DNA of 64,000 nt, from assembly GCF_018977255.1 (NCBI RefSeq), contig NW_024704742.1, positions 88,352,001-88,416,000 on the forward strand. The letters run 5' to 3'. Numbering within the stretch: the stretch's first letter is position 1; each line of letters opens with the position of its first letter. This document shows positions 63,130 through 64,000 of the stretch, piece after piece. This stretch comes from Callorhinchus milii. Its lineage: Eukaryota. The translations under genes were made by a program, and so were the position numbers. The notes under the pieces are model-generated. The model was given only the letters and a program-made list of their open reading frames with translations, did not search any database and was not told where the DNA came from.

Positions 63130-64000
63130 AATTAATTTGAAGGATCGCTGGCCAGGACACAGGCAGAAACTCCCTTCTCTTTACGAAAGGCAACACTGGG
63201 ATTGCAAGATCAAAAGATACATTTGGATAAAGCAGGCCCTTCAGCGCATCTGACCTCATCCTTCCAGAACACCCGCCCTGCCATCCTTTCATGAAGAGCC
63301 ATTTAAATAAATGGACGGGAATCATAATTTAATGTCTCATTCAAAAGATGGCAACTCTGATCATACAATATTCCTCCAGTATTGTACTGGACTGTCAGCC
63401 GAGACGACAAGCTCAAGTCCTAACAGCCAATTTTGCACACAGCAATGTCCCACAAACAGTCATGAATTAAGTACCAATTTTACCTGAGGGCTTGTTGACC
63501 AGGACACCAGGAGGAATTCCCTTATCTTTTTGAATAATGCTATGGGATGTTTAACATCCACTTGAACAGGTAGCCGATGAGCTCAAGTGACCCACAAAGT
63601 TTAATTGAGTGAATAAAAGCAGCACCTGGTGCATTGCTAAGCAACACAGACAAGAAGGATATGGGTCCAATTTTCCTGGTCGGAGTTAGTTTATTTAATA
63701 CAAGGACAGTAGTTGTCCTTAGGAACCCAGGGAGAGGGGAAATCAGTCAAAGTTGCTTTGCCTTGAATGCTATCCAGTGATCTCTGATAGAAAGTGAGTG
63801 CGTGTGGATATGAGACAAGAACAGAATGAGGCTCAGCAGTAATTCCCTAGAACACTGAGAGTTTCTCTTTCCCAGTTCCTTGCCAACAACCACCCCAGAT
63901 AAAACTGCTCATTCTCTTCATGACTATTTGTGGGACAGACATTGCTGTGCGCAAATTAACTGTTGCAATCACCCACAAAGTACACAGTCACTACACTTTA
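63130..64000. mobile_element. Cluster of family B SINE fragments (minus about 63130-63575; plus about 63855-64000)
   Basis: Deu-core pieces. Confidence 0.7.

Overview
AT-rich, repeat-dense vertebrate genomic DNA. The SINE/LINE repertoire points to a cartilaginous fish, probably a chimaera such as Callorhinchus (inference). The window appears to lie wholly inside one minus-strand gene, GLIS3 (Gli-similar Kruppel zinc-finger transcription factor). Two internal coding exons are visible. The first is 49923-50118 (196 nt, equivalent to human exon 3). The second is 39580-40615 (1036 nt, equivalent to human exon 4); it carries the Ci/Gli region II homology, the SUFU-motif position, a PPxY motif, zinc fingers 1-2 and the start of finger 3. 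I found no other GLIS3 exon and no other host gene. The rest is intron, filled with two tRNA-derived SINE families that share a Deu-type 3' module and an L2-like tail, L2 and CR1 LINE fragments, several MITE or hairpin repeats, an Eulor1-like ancient element and several repeat-free candidate enhancers. The most notable points are: a Tyr>Cys change in the SUFU-binding YGH motif plus a 2-aa deletion in region II; loss of the short-isoform start Mets, with a Kozak-perfect out-of-frame ATG in exon 3; a modular SINE/LINE system; and several unusual inverted or nested retroelement structures. Family names and human comparisons are from recall and were not searched. Repeat boundaries are approximate. 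I cannot support a wholly new gene system here.
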